A stretch of 24,000 nt of DNA from an uncultured Nitrososphaerales archaeon. GTDB taxonomy: Archaea; Thermoproteota; Nitrososphaeria; Nitrososphaerales; Nitrososphaeraceae. Every line of letters starts with the position of its first letter. The first letter of the stretch is position 1. The stretch lies in NCBI GenBank assembly GCA_963709405.1, contig CAVPXM010000021.1, forward strand, positions 47,315-71,314, read 5' to 3'. Made by a program: the position numbers and the translations under genes. The notes under the pieces were generated by a model that had not been told where the DNA came from, did no database searches, and was given only the letters and a program-made list of their open reading frames with translations. This document shows, piece after piece, positions 1 to 8,195 of the stretch.

Positions 1-557
1 ATCAAAATTTAAGAACATATCTGATATGTAGACGTTCGAAGTAATCTGATTATCGTACTATTCAAATGATGCACCTTTTTCGACTATATGCGACGATCAG
101 ATGTAGCACAAATGCAAAAAATTCTGCACTCGCACTGCGCACTTCGCCACTCTGGGCTCAATAAGTTTTGTAGGGCGGAAGTTAGAAGGACTAGTTCATC
201 AATGCTTGCTTATTACAGCATTGCTAAAATGAGCAGAGATGGACGTGCCCTTTACCGACATAATGATTATTTGATCAATCAATCTAAGTTTGATAATCCT
301 TTGTAAGTGACTTTACATTTTTGAATGCAGATCCAGTAGACTGGTGGCTATCGTGTTTTTCACTCATTCATGTACCTTTGATTTTGTCACATTACCGACT
401 CTCGATAACTAGTCGAAATCCATACTTTGTTATCACTTACTCCTAATCCACTCGGGTGACAAAGAGACGAACCTACGAAAGTAATACTAAATATGCATAT
501 GGCCATTTATTGTTATTTTTAAAGCCTAATCAGCTGACCAGTAATTAAGTTAAAGAA

Positions 558-938
558 CTACGAACCCATCATTCCTGGTATCTTAATTGGAGTCCTATAT
601 GACCTAGTGATCTTCAATCCATGATCAGCAATGACAGTCACTGACTTTAAAGACGAACTAGATGGAGGGGAGAGCATTATTTTTTCTCCTGGAGATAGTG
701 GGTTGATCTTCTCCGTGGAGTTATTGTCGTATATAACAGTAATGTTACTCAGAGGTAATCTTCCGGTATTTGTAAGCGTCACCCTTGCCGTATTAAAGAG
801 GTTCTGATTATCTTTAATCGGATCTACATCTAGTGAAAAATTTTTGGTTGCTATTGAGAATACAGATATTAACAGCATCACTGAGATAATGGCAATCGCT
901 GCGCTTAAGCAGACATAAACGATCACCTTCATGTTCAT
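558..938 (-). CDS. hypothetical membrane-anchored protein (N-terminal TM/signal-anchor plus Ser/Thr/Asn-rich beta-type domain)
   Basis: 126-aa ORF. The N-terminus MNMKVIVYVCLSAAIAIISVMLLISVFSI is hydrophobic. No family motif recognised. Confidence 0.4.
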   Translation of the reverse strand: MNMKVIVYVCLSAAIAIISVMLLISVFSIATKNFSLDVDPIKDNQNLFNTARVTLTNTGRLPLSNITVIYDNNSTEKINPLSPGEKIMLSPPSSSSLKSVTVIADHGLKITRSYRTPIKIPGMMGS

Positions 939-1802
939 GTTAGTTCAATTGTGGTATACCAAAAAAGCATATTTAGGTTTAATTGTGAATTAGTGAATGG
1001 GGCATTTCATCATCATACGTTGATAAAGGACACTCAAGGTAAATTATGTATAAAATCAACGATACAGAATGAGATTCATCATATTTTTTATTGAATAGGA
1101 TTCTATGGTTAGCCTCACTATGAATCCTATCTGGCTTAAGACTATGCTATATAGAGGTCCTTGAGGGATATACTCTAAGTTAGGTGACGAAACACTGATC
1201 ACTTGCTATTTGCAAGGCAATCCCTAGTCAAAATTCATGAGCAAAAGGGCTAAATAGAATGGAATCTGATACCTTTTTATTGAAGATAACATAAACAAAG
1301 CAAGACAAATTAAGATACATGCTGAAGTTAAACCTATCACAATAAAGTTAGCTTGTAGGAAATGCAAACGTGACGGGGCGTTATTATTTAAGACTAATGA
1401 TTTGAATATTATTCCGAATTCAGTATTATGGATATGTTCGATCTGCAATGAACAAAATTTTGATGAATTAATTTTTTCGCCAGAGCGTTAGAACTTCATC
1501 CATCACCACGTTTACTGGCTAATGAATACTCGATAGGTCTATATATCGTAATTTGCATAAGGAATGAGGGATGAGGTAATATTCGCTGCTCCAATCCGAG
1601 TGAAAACTATGAGGACCTCGCGACGAACCGACCTTTTATGTAATTATTTAAATAATCGTGCGATTTTTGATGTGTTCATTGATTATTTTTCAGAATATGT
1701 TGATTAGTTAATTCACTACTGTTCGATGGGTAAAGATTCATTTGAATTAGTATCCTGCTAAAAATGAGCATATTTTAATATACAAAGTCCGTCATTTAAT
1801 GC

Positions 1803-2684
1803 ATGCAAATAATTTATGATTATCCACTGTACAGGCCTCCGTCTGAGGCAGATTCTGTGATATTTCAAGTTACACTGGGTTGTTCTTATAACAAGTGTTC
1901 TTTCTGCAATATGTATAGGACAAAGCGCTATGTGGAGAGATCTCTGGATGAATTGAAGCCAGAAATAGACCTCATTGCTAATGAGCAGCCAGGAGCCAGC
2001 CGTATTTTTTTGGCAGACGGAGACGCACTTAACCTTCAAACTAATACCTTGCAAGAAATCTTGGAATATTTATATACGAAATTCAAAAACCTTGAAAGAG
2101 TTTCATGCTATGCGATGCCCAAGAATTTATTACAGAAAAAAGATACTGAATTACAGTTGCTCAAGAATTCAGGCTTAACTATGCTCTATGTTGGTATCGA
2201 GAGTGGTAATGATTTTGTATTGAGGAAGGTAACAAAGGGCGCCACTCAAAGAGGCATAGTTCAAAGTTGTGAGAAAGCGAAGCAGCATGGTTTTACTCTA
2301 TCATGCATGATAATTTTGGGACTTGGCGGTAAGACATATTCTCATCAACATATAATCGATACAGCAAGAATTGTAAGTGAGATTTCTCCTGATTATTTGG
2401 CTGCTTTAGCTTTACATTTAGAAGATGGCATTTATGACGAATTCATGAATAAGTATTCGGAAAAATTTTACCCGTTAGACGATTTGAGTATTCTGGAAGA
2501 ATTGGATTCTCTAATAAGAGAACTCACTCCGAAACATCCTATATTATTCCGAGCAAATCATGCATCTAACGTGTATTCCATTGGTGGCATTATTCCTCAA
2601 GATAGAGACAAGCTTTTAAGCTTAATCAATGACCTGAAATGTCATCCAGAAATGTTAAGGGATAAGAATTTGAGAAGATTTTGA
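1803..2684 (+). CDS. stand-alone radical SAM domain protein (Cx4Cx2C cluster motif)
   Basis: 293-aa ORF with an ATG start. It carries GCSYNKCSFCNMY (Cys27/32/35), a downstream GIESG-type SAM-binding segment (LYVGIESGN), and a TIM-barrel-like length. No extra domains. Confidence 0.85.
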   Translation: MQIIYDYPLYRPPSEADSVIFQVTLGCSYNKCSFCNMYRTKRYVERSLDELKPEIDLIANEQPGASRIFLADGDALNLQTNTLQEILEYLYTKFKNLERVSCYAMPKNLLQKKDTELQLLKNSGLTMLYVGIESGNDFVLRKVTKGATQRGIVQSCEKAKQHGFTLSCMIILGLGGKTYSHQHIIDTARIVSEISPDYLAALALHLEDGIYDEFMNKYSEKFYPLDDLSILEELDSLIRELTPKHPILFRANHASNVYSIGGIIPQDRDKLLSLINDLKCHPEMLRDKNLRRF

Positions 2685-2970
2685 TTTTCCAAAAAATTGA
2701 TATACCTCTTCCAAGTATACCTCCTAAATATTAGTACCGATAGCAATGTTTCGAATGTAACTTAAATATTGGCTTAATTTTCTTTAATGATTATCGATAA
2801 ATCGAGAATGGAGTAAGTAAACCCAGTGAATGCGCTCGATCACACTGAACGTGCGATAGAACTAAAGTAATTCGACCGACAATCAACAAAGAATATCGCA
2901 AATTCACTGGTCTGATTAGATAACAGTGTAGAGAAAAAGAAATTTAGGCGAGAGATTCAGTTTTTATACA

Positions 2971-3330
2971 TTACCAATGGTGTTTCTCATCTGGAATTAA
3001 CCCAATCTGTTCACGTTCAAAGTATCTTTCGAGTTCTTGAGTCCATTTTTCCTTTGCAGCACCACCACCAAGACCCTTTCTCCTTAACCAAAATGCAATA
3101 ACACTCAGCAAAAATACTGCGAACAGCATTACTCCGAAGATGTAGACCATTACATCATAGAATAGTGGGTCGTATGCAGGTCCAATCTGCTTCATCAAGC
3201 TCTCGAATGCATAGCTTACCATTGTTACAATGCCTAGGATAGCGCTCATTATCATATAGAGCAAATAAGGTCTTCGATATATACATTTTGGTTGTTTCCA
3301 ATGCTGGATTAAATTAAGGCTCCTCTCCAC
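2971..3330 (-). CDS. hypothetical small membrane protein (2 TM helices)
   Basis: 119-aa ORF with two hydrophobic helices (SAILGIVTMVSYAF, VMVYIFGVMLFAVFLLSVIAFWL). The first ~25 codons overlap the end of the IS remnant, so the real start is probably the internal ATG at 3255 (MIMSAILG...). Confidence 0.4.
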   Translation of the reverse strand: MERSLNLIQHWKQPKCIYRRPYLLYMIMSAILGIVTMVSYAFESLMKQIGPAYDPLFYDVMVYIFGVMLFAVFLLSVIAFWLRRKGLGGGAAKEKWTQELERYFEREQIGLIPDEKHHW

Positions 3331-4015
3331 CTCTTATCAAGAACTTGATAATGTTTATTTTAGATTGTGATTTTGATAAATTATATAAGAATATGAACAA
3401 TATCTGCCATTGGTAAACATGAATTAGATTACAATCAACTAATTTCTTCCTAAACGGATAATAGTCATCAAAACCTCCGGTTCTACCCTTACCTATTCCA
3501 TACCCCTTCTCAATAATCCTTTTTTCAAATGGAGAATGGAATATATGCTTTAGTCTTAAGCACTTGCAAGCTTCACGATACCCGTCACACGCCATCTGAA
3601 TATGCACTATGTTTACCATAAAGCTTAATCAACGATTTCAGAAATGATTCAGCAACTAGTATATTCCTGTGCCTTGAAACATAAACTCCAAGAATTATGT
3701 GTCGAATTGGTTCTATTGCAACCCAAAGCCATGCATGAGTATAGACGTTCTGAACCATTGCTTCGTCTATGATAGATATGCAGTTATCCTACTACTCTTC
3801 TTTTTATCTAGAAAAACAACCTTTGGATTGAATTACTGTATCCAATACCATATTGCGACATAGCTTATGTCTACGAATGGTTCCAATGCCCTTGAAGTAT
3901 CTCTCAGACTTAAGCCAAGAAAATACAAATACAATGCATATCGGATAAGAAATGGTCTAGTTCTAATACGTTCAAACATTATCATATTATTCTTAATCTG
4001 ATCAAGCTTTAGCAA
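3314..4015 (-). mobile_element. degraded DDE transposase gene of an IS6/ISC774-like archaeal insertion sequence (at least 3 frame disruptions)
   Basis: Three minus-strand pieces in different frames together read as one ~230-aa transposase. (1) An HTH part, 3833-4015 (...YLYFLGLSLRDTSRALEPFVDISYVAIWYWIQ). (2) A DDE core in another frame, about 3585-3779 (IIDEAMVQNVYTHAWLWVAIEPIRHIILGVYVSRHRNILVAESFLKSLIKLYGKHSAYSDG). (3) A C-terminal part, 3314-3619 (DGYREACKCLRLKHIFHSPFEKRIIEKG..GKGRTGGFDDYYPF). The family assignment is from memory of ISC774/ISA1214-type proteins. Confidence 0.65.
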
Positions 4016-4271
4016 TTACCATTCTTAACTTAACAGCAGCGTTTTCAATCACGAACCGGCTTGTTTGCAATCCGAATTATTATTCAAGGCCTTCTTAGTG
4101 GCATTTAGGGCCAGCTTAACAACTCCGCCGGAGTACCGAGACGCATTTCAATTATTATAACAGATCGAGTTAGCTGACCAAACAATCTATCCTGTACACT
4201 CAACATTGATTTAATTATAAAATAGGGGTTATATATTAAAAATTATAAAACATAAAAAAAGATTATTTACG

Positions 4272-4584
4272 TCACCTCGTCACTTCTCTTTTTTTGCTCC
4301 TGCCCATAATAAAGAATGCCCCAGCAACCCCGCCAAATATCACCGCGAGAATGATGATGAATAATACAGTTTCGTTGATGTTAGTTCCAAGCATAGGTGT
4401 CCCTGATCCATAAGCTCCAGCAGATTTGGCGTTGCTTATTTTTTCCCGTGCTAATTTTAACTGTTCCTCGATATTACCTCCAGTTCCGAATACTGAGCTT
4501 TAGCTATCTCAATCGATGGTAAAGCAAACACAGAAATCGCCAGTGCTCCGCGACTGCAACAGCCACTATAGTATGCTTGTTCAT
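4272..4584 (-). pseudogene. small signal-peptide / C-terminal TM-anchored protein interrupted by two -1 frame changes
   Basis: Below the ORF-track cutoff. On the minus strand three frames read in succession. First MNKHTIVAVAVA, then GALAISVFALPSIEIAKAQYS, then GTGGNIEEQLKLAREKISNAKSAGAYGSGTPMLGTNINETVLFIIILAVIFGGVAGAFFIMGRSKKREVTR*. Joined, they make a coherent ~100-aa protein. Both shifts lie at CGG(G)A sites. Confidence 0.4.
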
Positions 4585-4684
4585 ACAATATATTACGACA
4601 TGATTCAATTATTTAACTTTTGTGCACACGGAAAACAGACAAATTTGAGTAACATTTAAGAGATACGTCCAGCCCTGAACAATC

Positions 4685-5134
4685 ATGGCGAGAATGCATG
4701 CACATACTCGTGGTAAGTCTCATAGTGTTCGCCCAGTTTCTATCAATATACCTAATTGGCTAACGCAAGATTATGCTCAGGTATCGTCTCTAATTCTTCA
4801 ATTATCAAGAGAAGGGCTAACGCCAAGTGAAATTGGCGTTTGCCTGCGCGATCAACATGCCATACCCTTGGCAAAACCAATCGTAGGCAAGTCTATTACT
4901 AATGTGCTGAGTGAGAGCGGAATAACACGGGATATGCCCGAAGATTTAGATCAGTTGGTGAAGAAAGCCTTGGGACTTCAAAGACACCTGAGGTCTCATA
5001 ATACCGATCATAGAAATGTTCGCTCATTGGAATTGATTGAGTCAAAAATACATCGTCTTTCTAGATACTATAAGGAAAAAGGAAAGCTTCAAAAAAATTG
5101 GAAGTATGCGACTGTTATAGCACAGCTAGAATAA
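4685..5134 (+). CDS. rps15: 30S ribosomal protein uS15 (archaeal S15P / eukaryotic S13e type)
   Basis: 149 aa. It has the characteristic N-terminus MARMHAHTRGKSHSVRP and the C-terminal S15 helix bundle (LESKIHRLSRYYKE). Confidence 0.95.
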   Translation: MARMHAHTRGKSHSVRPVSINIPNWLTQDYAQVSSLILQLSREGLTPSEIGVCLRDQHAIPLAKPIVGKSITNVLSESGITRDMPEDLDQLVKKALGLQRHLRSHNTDHRNVRSLELIESKIHRLSRYYKEKGKLQKNWKYATVIAQLE

Positions 5135-5143
5135 AATGTTGGT

Positions 5144-6568
5144 ATGGGTAGCAGGGAACTATATGATACTTTAGGACGATTTAGCGAAAGAATTAGACTT
5201 GCAGTTGAGAATGAGAAAAGTATAGCTATAATTACCTCTCTGAATTCGGATGGATTGTGTTCAGGTGGCATAGCTACGATATCCTTGCTTAGACTAGGAG
5301 GAAAGTGCTCTGTTCGTACTGTTGTAGATCTGACTGCTGATGTTCTGTCTGATCTAAAGTCCTCTGGATATGATCTATTCATACTCATCGACCTTGGCAT
5401 CAATATGGTCAGTAAACTTGATTCACTTGGCGTTAAGTGGCTCCTTATTAATCATCAAATTATGGGATATCAGCTAGAGGAAAAATCGTATGATCATGTT
5501 ATTAATTTAGATAGGTGCGGCATAGATGGCAATAAGGAAATTTCTTCCGGAGGACTGGCATATCTTCTTGCTATGGAATTAAATAACAAGAATAAAGATC
5601 TCTCGACTCTCGCTGTTGTATCTGCCTTGGCAGAAAAGCAAGATATAGGTGAAAAAAGATCGTTTGTAGGAATCAATTCTGAAATAGTTAATTCGGCTCA
5701 ATCAATTGGAGCGCTCAGCGTTAAGTCTGGCTTAATGATTACTGGGGAGACAAGTCCAATTCATGAAGCGATTGCCTGCAACTTGGCTCCATGTATAGAT
5801 GGTTTAACTTGGAATTATGAAAATTCATATTCGTTGGTAAAAAACTCTGGGCTTCGAATGAAGAATAAGAATGGACAGTGGCGCATACTCGCGGAACTCG
5901 ACCATGAAGAAAGAGGGATACTTACGGAGAATATTATAAAATTCATAGTTACCAGTACTACTTCCGGACTACCAGTAGCTGACGATCTTACTGGTTACAT
6001 TTATACTCTGAGAGAAGATCCGGAAACCTCTATTCGAGATGCGAGACAATTTGTGGAATTACTAAATGCATGTGCAAGTGCAAACAAGGGTGGAGTCGGC
6101 TTGGGGATTTGTATGGGCGACAGAAGAATTAGCTTGGATGAAGGAGAAATGATATTTTTAGGTTATAAATCTGCTTTAAAGGAGAATTTGTCCAGAATTT
6201 TTTCAGAGAGATGGCGCTTGAACGACTATGGAAATTGCGTAATTGTTTCTGGAGAGGGAGCTGTACATGAGACCATGATTGATTCAGTTTGTTCATTTCT
6301 GATGGAGTGTTTAACATTCAATGGTAAGCTCCTTTTGGTAAGAACGATAACCAAAGACAATACACATTATAAATTTTCTGTGATGAAGGGATTTAAATGT
6401 AAATTTCCATCTATTATTGGAGATCTGGTGAAAAATTGTTCTGAAGCGGTAGGAGGAGTCGCATGGGGCAGACCGAACTCAGCTATATGCGAGATTCCCA
6501 TAATGAGATTAGAGGAATTCATGACATCCATTAGAAAACGGATTGGAGATACAAAATTTGAAGAGTAA
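5144..6568 (+). CDS. RecJ/Cdc45-like DHH-family protein with degenerate catalytic motifs
   Basis: 474 aa, starting 10 nt after rps15 (the archaeal rps15-recJ linkage is well known). DHH motif I reads SLNSDG instead of HxDxDG. Motif II keeps DLG. Motif III reads INHQ instead of DHH. The DHHA1 GGGH region reads GGVAWGRP. Confidence 0.8.
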   Translation: MGSRELYDTLGRFSERIRLAVENEKSIAIITSLNSDGLCSGGIATISLLRLGGKCSVRTVVDLTADVLSDLKSSGYDLFILIDLGINMVSKLDSLGVKWLLINHQIMGYQLEEKSYDHVINLDRCGIDGNKEISSGGLAYLLAMELNNKNKDLSTLAVVSALAEKQDIGEKRSFVGINSEIVNSAQSIGALSVKSGLMITGETSPIHEAIACNLAPCIDGLTWNYENSYSLVKNSGLRMKNKNGQWRILAELDHEERGILTENIIKFIVTSTTSGLPVADDLTGYIYTLREDPETSIRDARQFVELLNACASANKGGVGLGICMGDRRISLDEGEMIFLGYKSALKENLSRIFSERWRLNDYGNCVIVSGEGAVHETMIDSVCSFLMECLTFNGKLLLVRTITKDNTHYKFSVMKGFKCKFPSIIGDLVKNCSEAVGGVAWGRPNSAICEIPIMRLEEFMTSIRKRIGDTKFEE

Positions 6569-6812
6569 AGTCGAAATTCGGATTCGTCTACAGATAAAAT
6601 TCAAAATAGCATCAGAGTTATGTGCTGTAATGAATTCGCTAATGCCAGACAATATCGACTGTCCGGATGGATTGTCCGTAGAAATGTATGGGAAGTCTAA
6701 CTGCCTCGTATTCGACATATCATGCAAAAGAGAAATTTGTGTCATAATAAACACTGTCGACGAAATTCTGAGTCATATCACAATGGCGAGACACGTGATC
6801 TCCAATGCTTGA
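6543..6812 (+). CDS. pcc1: probable KEOPS complex subunit Pcc1
   Basis: 89-aa ORF with a TTG start that overlaps the recJ-like 3' end. The beta-alpha-beta-beta-alpha pattern (VEIRIRLQIKF / ASELCAVMNSLMPDN / LSVEMYGKSNCLVFDISCK / INTVDEILSHITMARHVI) aligns by eye with archaeal Pcc1. The call rests on pattern only. Confidence 0.5.
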   Translation: MEIQNLKSKVEIRIRLQIKFKIASELCAVMNSLMPDNIDCPDGLSVEMYGKSNCLVFDISCKREICVIINTVDEILSHITMARHVISNA

Positions 6813-8073
6813 CACAAAACTACTAAGGAATCCGAATTTAATAAAAGACCTAATCGGTAAGAGAAATCTAGAATTTCCATTGCAGGAATTGCTGCTATTG
6901 GACTCACGGAGGAGAGAGCTGAACCTTAGAGTAGATGAAATTAGACATAAGAAAAATATTCTAATCAACCAGATTTCGATGAAAAAGAAGGGGGATAGAG
7001 ATACTTTAGAAGAAATAAAACTGATGAAAGAAACTAGTAACAATCTATCTAATCTCGAAGCTGAAAAATCAGAACTTGACACAAAATTTAAGCGATTAAT
7101 GATGCTCCTACCTAATTTGATATTAGATTCCGTCCCTATAGGGAAGAATGAATCAGATAATGTAATGGTAAGATCTCATGGAACAATTAGGAAGCTAAAT
7201 TTTCAAGGTAAAGACCATGTCGATTTAAGTACTACTCTTGATCTGGTCGATTTCGAAAGAGCGGCCAAAGTTGCCGGCGCTAGATTTTACTTTCTGAAGA
7301 ACGATTTGGTCCTGTTGAATCAGGCGTTAATACGGATGGCATTAGATTTCTTGTCGGACAAATCTTACACTCTTTTGCAGCCTCCCTACATGATTCGAAA
7401 GGAAGCTATGGAAGGCGCGGTAATGCTTGGAGATTTCGAACAAGTCATTTACAAAATTGAGAATGAGGATCTTTACATGATAGGAACGTCGGAACACGCC
7501 ATTGCTTCAATGCATATGAATGAGATCCTTGATGGTAGTAAACTTCCGATACGATACGGGGCAATTAGTCCTTGCTTCAGAAAGGAAGCCGGAGCCCATG
7601 GAAAGGATATGAAAGGCATATTTAGGGTTCATCAATTTGAAAAGGTTGAGCAATTTGTCTACTCACGCCCCGAAGAGTCTGAAAAGCAGCACGACATCAT
7701 GTTGGCAATCAGCGAAGCGTTCTACGAACAATTGGGAATTCCAACACGTACAATGTTACTGTGTTCAGGTGATTTGGGAAAGACGTCTGCGAAAACATTT
7801 GACGTCGAAGCATGGATGCCTGGTCAAAATGCCTATCGTGAAATAGTCTCATGTTCTAATTGTATAGATTATCAAGCTAGAGGGCTGCATATACGATTCA
7901 GAGATAGGCCAAATGATGAGACGAAGCTGGTCCACACATTAAATAGCACGCTAGTTGCTACGGAGCGATGCATGGTAGCAATAATTGAGAACTATCAAAC
8001 AGATAGGGGCACAATTGAAGTTCCAGACGCCCTTAGAAAATATATGAACGATCTTAAAGAAATTGAGTTATAA
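6805..8073 (+). CDS. serS: seryl-tRNA synthetase
   Basis: 422 aa with an N-terminal coiled-coil arm (MLDTKLLRNP...). Class II motifs are present: FRKEAGAHGKDMKGIFRVHQFEKVEQF and TLNSTLVATERCMVAIIENYQ. It overlaps the upstream ORF by 8 nt. Confidence 0.95.
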   Translation: MLDTKLLRNPNLIKDLIGKRNLEFPLQELLLLDSRRRELNLRVDEIRHKKNILINQISMKKKGDRDTLEEIKLMKETSNNLSNLEAEKSELDTKFKRLMMLLPNLILDSVPIGKNESDNVMVRSHGTIRKLNFQGKDHVDLSTTLDLVDFERAAKVAGARFYFLKNDLVLLNQALIRMALDFLSDKSYTLLQPPYMIRKEAMEGAVMLGDFEQVIYKIENEDLYMIGTSEHAIASMHMNEILDGSKLPIRYGAISPCFRKEAGAHGKDMKGIFRVHQFEKVEQFVYSRPEESEKQHDIMLAISEAFYEQLGIPTRTMLLCSGDLGKTSAKTFDVEAWMPGQNAYREIVSCSNCIDYQARGLHIRFRDRPNDETKLVHTLNSTLVATERCMVAIIENYQTDRGTIEVPDALRKYMNDLKEIEL

Positions 8074-8159
8074 TAACCAGAACGAAACTAGCCGATGCCA
8101 TCATGATGAATTATGTTCCAGCAGCCTTGAATTGACGTCTGCGTAAAATACCATTGACA

Positions 8160-8192
8160 AGAAAGCGAAAATAAAAGATAGGAAAAATAAAG
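8160..8192 (-). terminator. oligo-T tract downstream of amoB (archaeal-type terminator)
   Basis: The minus strand reads CTTTATTTTTCCTATCTTTTATTTTCGCTTTC immediately after the amoB stop codon. Confidence 0.35.
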
Positions 8193-8195
8193 TTG

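Noticed and set aside
88-306. 72-aa plus-strand ORF at the window start
   Set aside because: Arg/Ser-rich product with no motif, no convincing A/T box at the right distance, and surrounded by non-coding-looking sequence. There is insufficient support to call it a gene.
1095-1130. 9-bp inverted repeat ATAGGATTC / GAATCCTAT with an 18-nt loop in the 940-1800 non-coding stretch
   Set aside because: It is isolated, has no adjacent gene end or T-tract arrangement that would make it a terminator, and a single occurrence is compatible with chance.
1224-1448. 74-aa minus-strand ORF with hydrophobic stretches (possible tiny membrane protein)
   Set aside because: In AT-rich DNA, Ile/Leu/Phe-rich ORFs of this size arise easily by chance. 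It has no motif or conserved context that I can verify. It could be revisited if AmoY/AmoZ-type searches hit it.
1975-2178. ORFs 1975-2178 (+) and 1758-2054 (-) overlapping the radical SAM gene
   Set aside because: They are out-of-frame or antisense to the radical SAM ORF, which carries the cluster motif.
5089-5403. 104-aa minus-strand ORF spanning the rps15/recJ-like junction. ORFs 5494-5676, 6129-6317, 6509-6754, 7637-7846, 13101-13343, 13340-13543, 15044-15337, 15594-15800, 16798-17070, 20192-20383, 21228-21479, 21623-21958, 23574-23759 and 23668-23880 are the same kind of case.
   Set aside because: All are nested in, or antisense to, longer motif-supported genes and show no recognisable motifs of their own.
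6720-7082. 120-aa minus-strand ORF antisense to the Pcc1-like/serS junction
   Set aside because: Ser/Phe/Leu-rich shadow of the Lys/Glu-rich coiled-coil region of SerRS. It has no promoter context.
8100-8150. Possible C/D box sRNA (ATGATGA at 8103-8109) between serS and amoB. Similar ATGATG-containing spots occur near 15803, 16527 and 17480.
   Set aside because: No properly spaced D/D' (CUGA) and C' boxes follow any of these C-box-like heptamers.
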